This document shows positions 16,457-17,702 of a stretch of DNA of 17,702 bases, in pieces. Where the stretch lies: the NCBI GenBank assembly GCA_043822305.1, contig JBDRBU010000066.1, positions 1-17,702 on the forward strand, given 5' to 3'. A program made the position numbers and the translations under genes. Below the pieces are notes generated by a model, which saw only the letters and a program-made list of their open reading frames with translations, had not been told where the DNA came from and did not search any database. The stretch's first letter is position 1, and every line of letters starts with the position of its first letter. Source of the DNA: Candidatus Firestoneibacteriota bacterium (GTDB lineage: Bacteria > Oederibacteriota > D2-FULL-39-29 > JBDRBU01).

Positions 16457-16489
16457 AATGGAGTCGGGGTCGTCTCTGACCCCGACATA
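16457..16489 (+). repeat. REP-like hairpin repeat (GTCGGGGTC family), copy 3
   Basis: AATGGAGTCGGGGTCGTCTCTGACCCCGACATA. Perfect 9-bp stem with one loop substitution. Confidence 0.92.
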
Positions 16490-16498
16490 TATATTATA

Positions 16499-16527
16499 AG
16501 TATATCATATCTAATAAACCCTTTCAA
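16499..16527 (-). promoter_or_regulatory. sigma70 promoter for the leftward operon
   Basis: Minus strand TTGAAA (16522-16527), 17 nt, TATACT (16499-16504) with extended -10 TG. Confidence 0.7.
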
Positions 16528-16548
16528 GCACAAAGCGTATAAAACTTA

Positions 16549-16577
16549 TTGAAACATTCTTCTCTTTTTGATATACT
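16549..16577 (+). promoter_or_regulatory. sigma70 promoter for the CDF transporter (predicts a leaderless mRNA)
   Basis: TTGAAA (16549-16554), 17 nt, TATACT (16572-16577) with extended -10 TG. The ATG at 16584 is 7 nt downstream and there is no SD. Confidence 0.72.
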
Positions 16578-16583
16578 ACTAAT

Positions 16584-17513
16584 ATGGAATATAATATAGA
16601 TGCTAATAAGAAAAAGGTATATGCTGCAAAATTTTCCATAATCTCAAATACAATATTATTGGTTTTAAAACTTTTAACTGGGGTTATTACTACTTCTGTA
16701 AGTATTATCGCCGAGGCAATTCATTCTGGAATAGACTTAATAGCATCAGTCATAACAAATTATTCAGTAAAAACTTCCATCAAACCTGCAGATGAGAAAC
16801 ATAAATTTGGGCATGGAAAAGTAGAAAACATATCTGCCCTAATAGAAGGCATGTTAATATTTTTTGCTTCTTATCTTATATTACATGAAGCGTATGATCG
16901 AATAATACACAAAATACAATTAAAAACATTAGGTATTGGAATTGGAATAATGTTTGTATCAACTATCTCTAACTTTTTTATCTCTAAATATCTCTTTAAG
17001 GTGGCCAAGGAAGCGGACTCAGCAGCATTAGAAGCAGATGCCTGGCATTTACGAACTGATGTGTATACTTCATTTGGAGTTTTTATGGGTCTCATCTTCA
17101 TGAATTTTGTAAAAATAAAAGGGATAGAAATTTTTGACCCAATAATTGCCATAATAACTGCTGTATTAATCATAAAAGCAGGTTGGGATATTTCAAAAGA
17201 AGCAATAATTAACCTGACGGACATAAAACTTCCAGGTGAGGAAGAAAAATTAATAAAAATGGCTATAGAGGAAAACCCTGAAAAATTTATTGAATTTCAT
17301 AACTTAAGGACAAGAAAAGCAGGAGCATATAAATATATAGATTTACATCTTGTTGTATCAAAAGATTTACATATAGATAAAGCCCATAAATTAATGCATC
17401 ATCTGTCAGCAGATATAAAAAATAAACTTAAAAATACCGATATAATGTTCCATTTAGAACCTTGTAATTCAAAATGCGAGGGATGTAGATTAAAATGCTC
17501 AAAACAGAAGTAG
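16584..17513 (+). CDS. Cation diffusion facilitator (FieF/YiiP-like) metal efflux transporter
   Basis: 309 aa. Motifs AEAIHSGID (site A HxxxD), PADEKHKFGHGKVE, ADAWHLRTD, HNLRTR, IDLHL, AH, FHLEP. Cys-rich tail CNSKCEGCRLKC. Confidence 0.95.
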   Translation: MEYNIDANKKKVYAAKFSIISNTILLVLKLLTGVITTSVSIIAEAIHSGIDLIASVITNYSVKTSIKPADEKHKFGHGKVENISALIEGMLIFFASYLILHEAYDRIIHKIQLKTLGIGIGIMFVSTISNFFISKYLFKVAKEADSAALEADAWHLRTDVYTSFGVFMGLIFMNFVKIKGIEIFDPIIAIITAVLIIKAGWDISKEAIINLTDIKLPGEEEKLIKMAIEENPEKFIEFHNLRTRKAGAYKYIDLHLVVSKDLHIDKAHKLMHHLSADIKNKLKNTDIMFHLEPCNSKCEGCRLKCSKQK

Positions 17514-17554
17514 GACTTGGCACAAAAAAACTCAAAAGGAATTCTTCTTTCGAA

Positions 17555-17563
17555 TTATCCACA
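17555..17563 (+). promoter_or_regulatory. Single consensus DnaA box
   Basis: Exact TTATCCACA in an intergenic region. Only one intergenic copy seen, so it may be chance. Confidence 0.3.
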
Positions 17564-17665
17564 ATCAGGCTGTGTCGCAATGAAATTTTTTTATAGAAAA
17601 GTAACATCATATTGGGATATAATAGCAGATAGTATAAACTAAAGTAAAAAAAGGAGATTAATGTA

Positions 17666-17702
17666 ATGGCATATAGATGTGGTGTTAGAGAAGAAATAGA
17701 AC
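17666..17702 (+). CDS. 5' end of an unidentified CDS truncated by the window edge (MAYRCGVREEIE...)
   Basis: AGGAG at 17652-17656, ATG 9 nt later, open to the window end. TATAAT at 17618-17623. Confidence 0.55.
   Translation, partial: MAYRCGVREEIE

Noticed and set aside
9163..16489. Three 33-34 bp hairpin repeats as a CRISPR array
   Set aside because: Length and hairpin are CRISPR-like, but the copies are about 0.8 kb and 6.5 kb apart, separated by whole genes, with no cas genes.
17517..17535. sigma54 promoter at TTGGCAC
   Set aside because: The -12 TTGC element is missing at the required spacing.
17555..17563. Replication origin
   Set aside because: There is only one DnaA box and no dnaA, dnaN or gidA context in the window.
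16871..17610. Minus-strand ORFs 16871-17224 and 17428-17610
   Set aside because: They are antisense to the CDF gene and have no motif support.

Overview
AT-rich bacterial chromosomal segment, densely coding and almost entirely on the minus strand. In transcription order (right to left): a degenerate M28/DUF4910-like peptidase fused to an AAC(3)-family N-acetyltransferase; DUF3467; birA; coaX (type III pantothenate kinase); nfeD; an SPFH/stomatin protein; a helical lipoprotein; trxA; DUF1015; DUF4912; a GH57 glycogen branching enzyme; and a GldA/GldF/GldG-like ABC system with a DUF4340 protein. A CDF metal transporter is transcribed divergently, and a truncated ORF starts at the right edge. 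I found no rRNA, tRNA, CRISPR array or transposase. The main unexplained structure is non-coding. Nearly every intergenic gap over 40 bp holds a GC-rich palindromic element from one of about five families (REP/REPIN/MITE-like). Some are nested in one another, abut or supply stop codons, or sit at predicted transcription starts. Other notable points are the apparently catalytically dead peptidase scaffold on an intact acetyltransferase, mirror-image divergent promoters that predict a leaderless CDF mRNA, and a D-to-N change in the CoaX DIGNT motif. Family assignments come from recognising motifs by eye, not from database searches.
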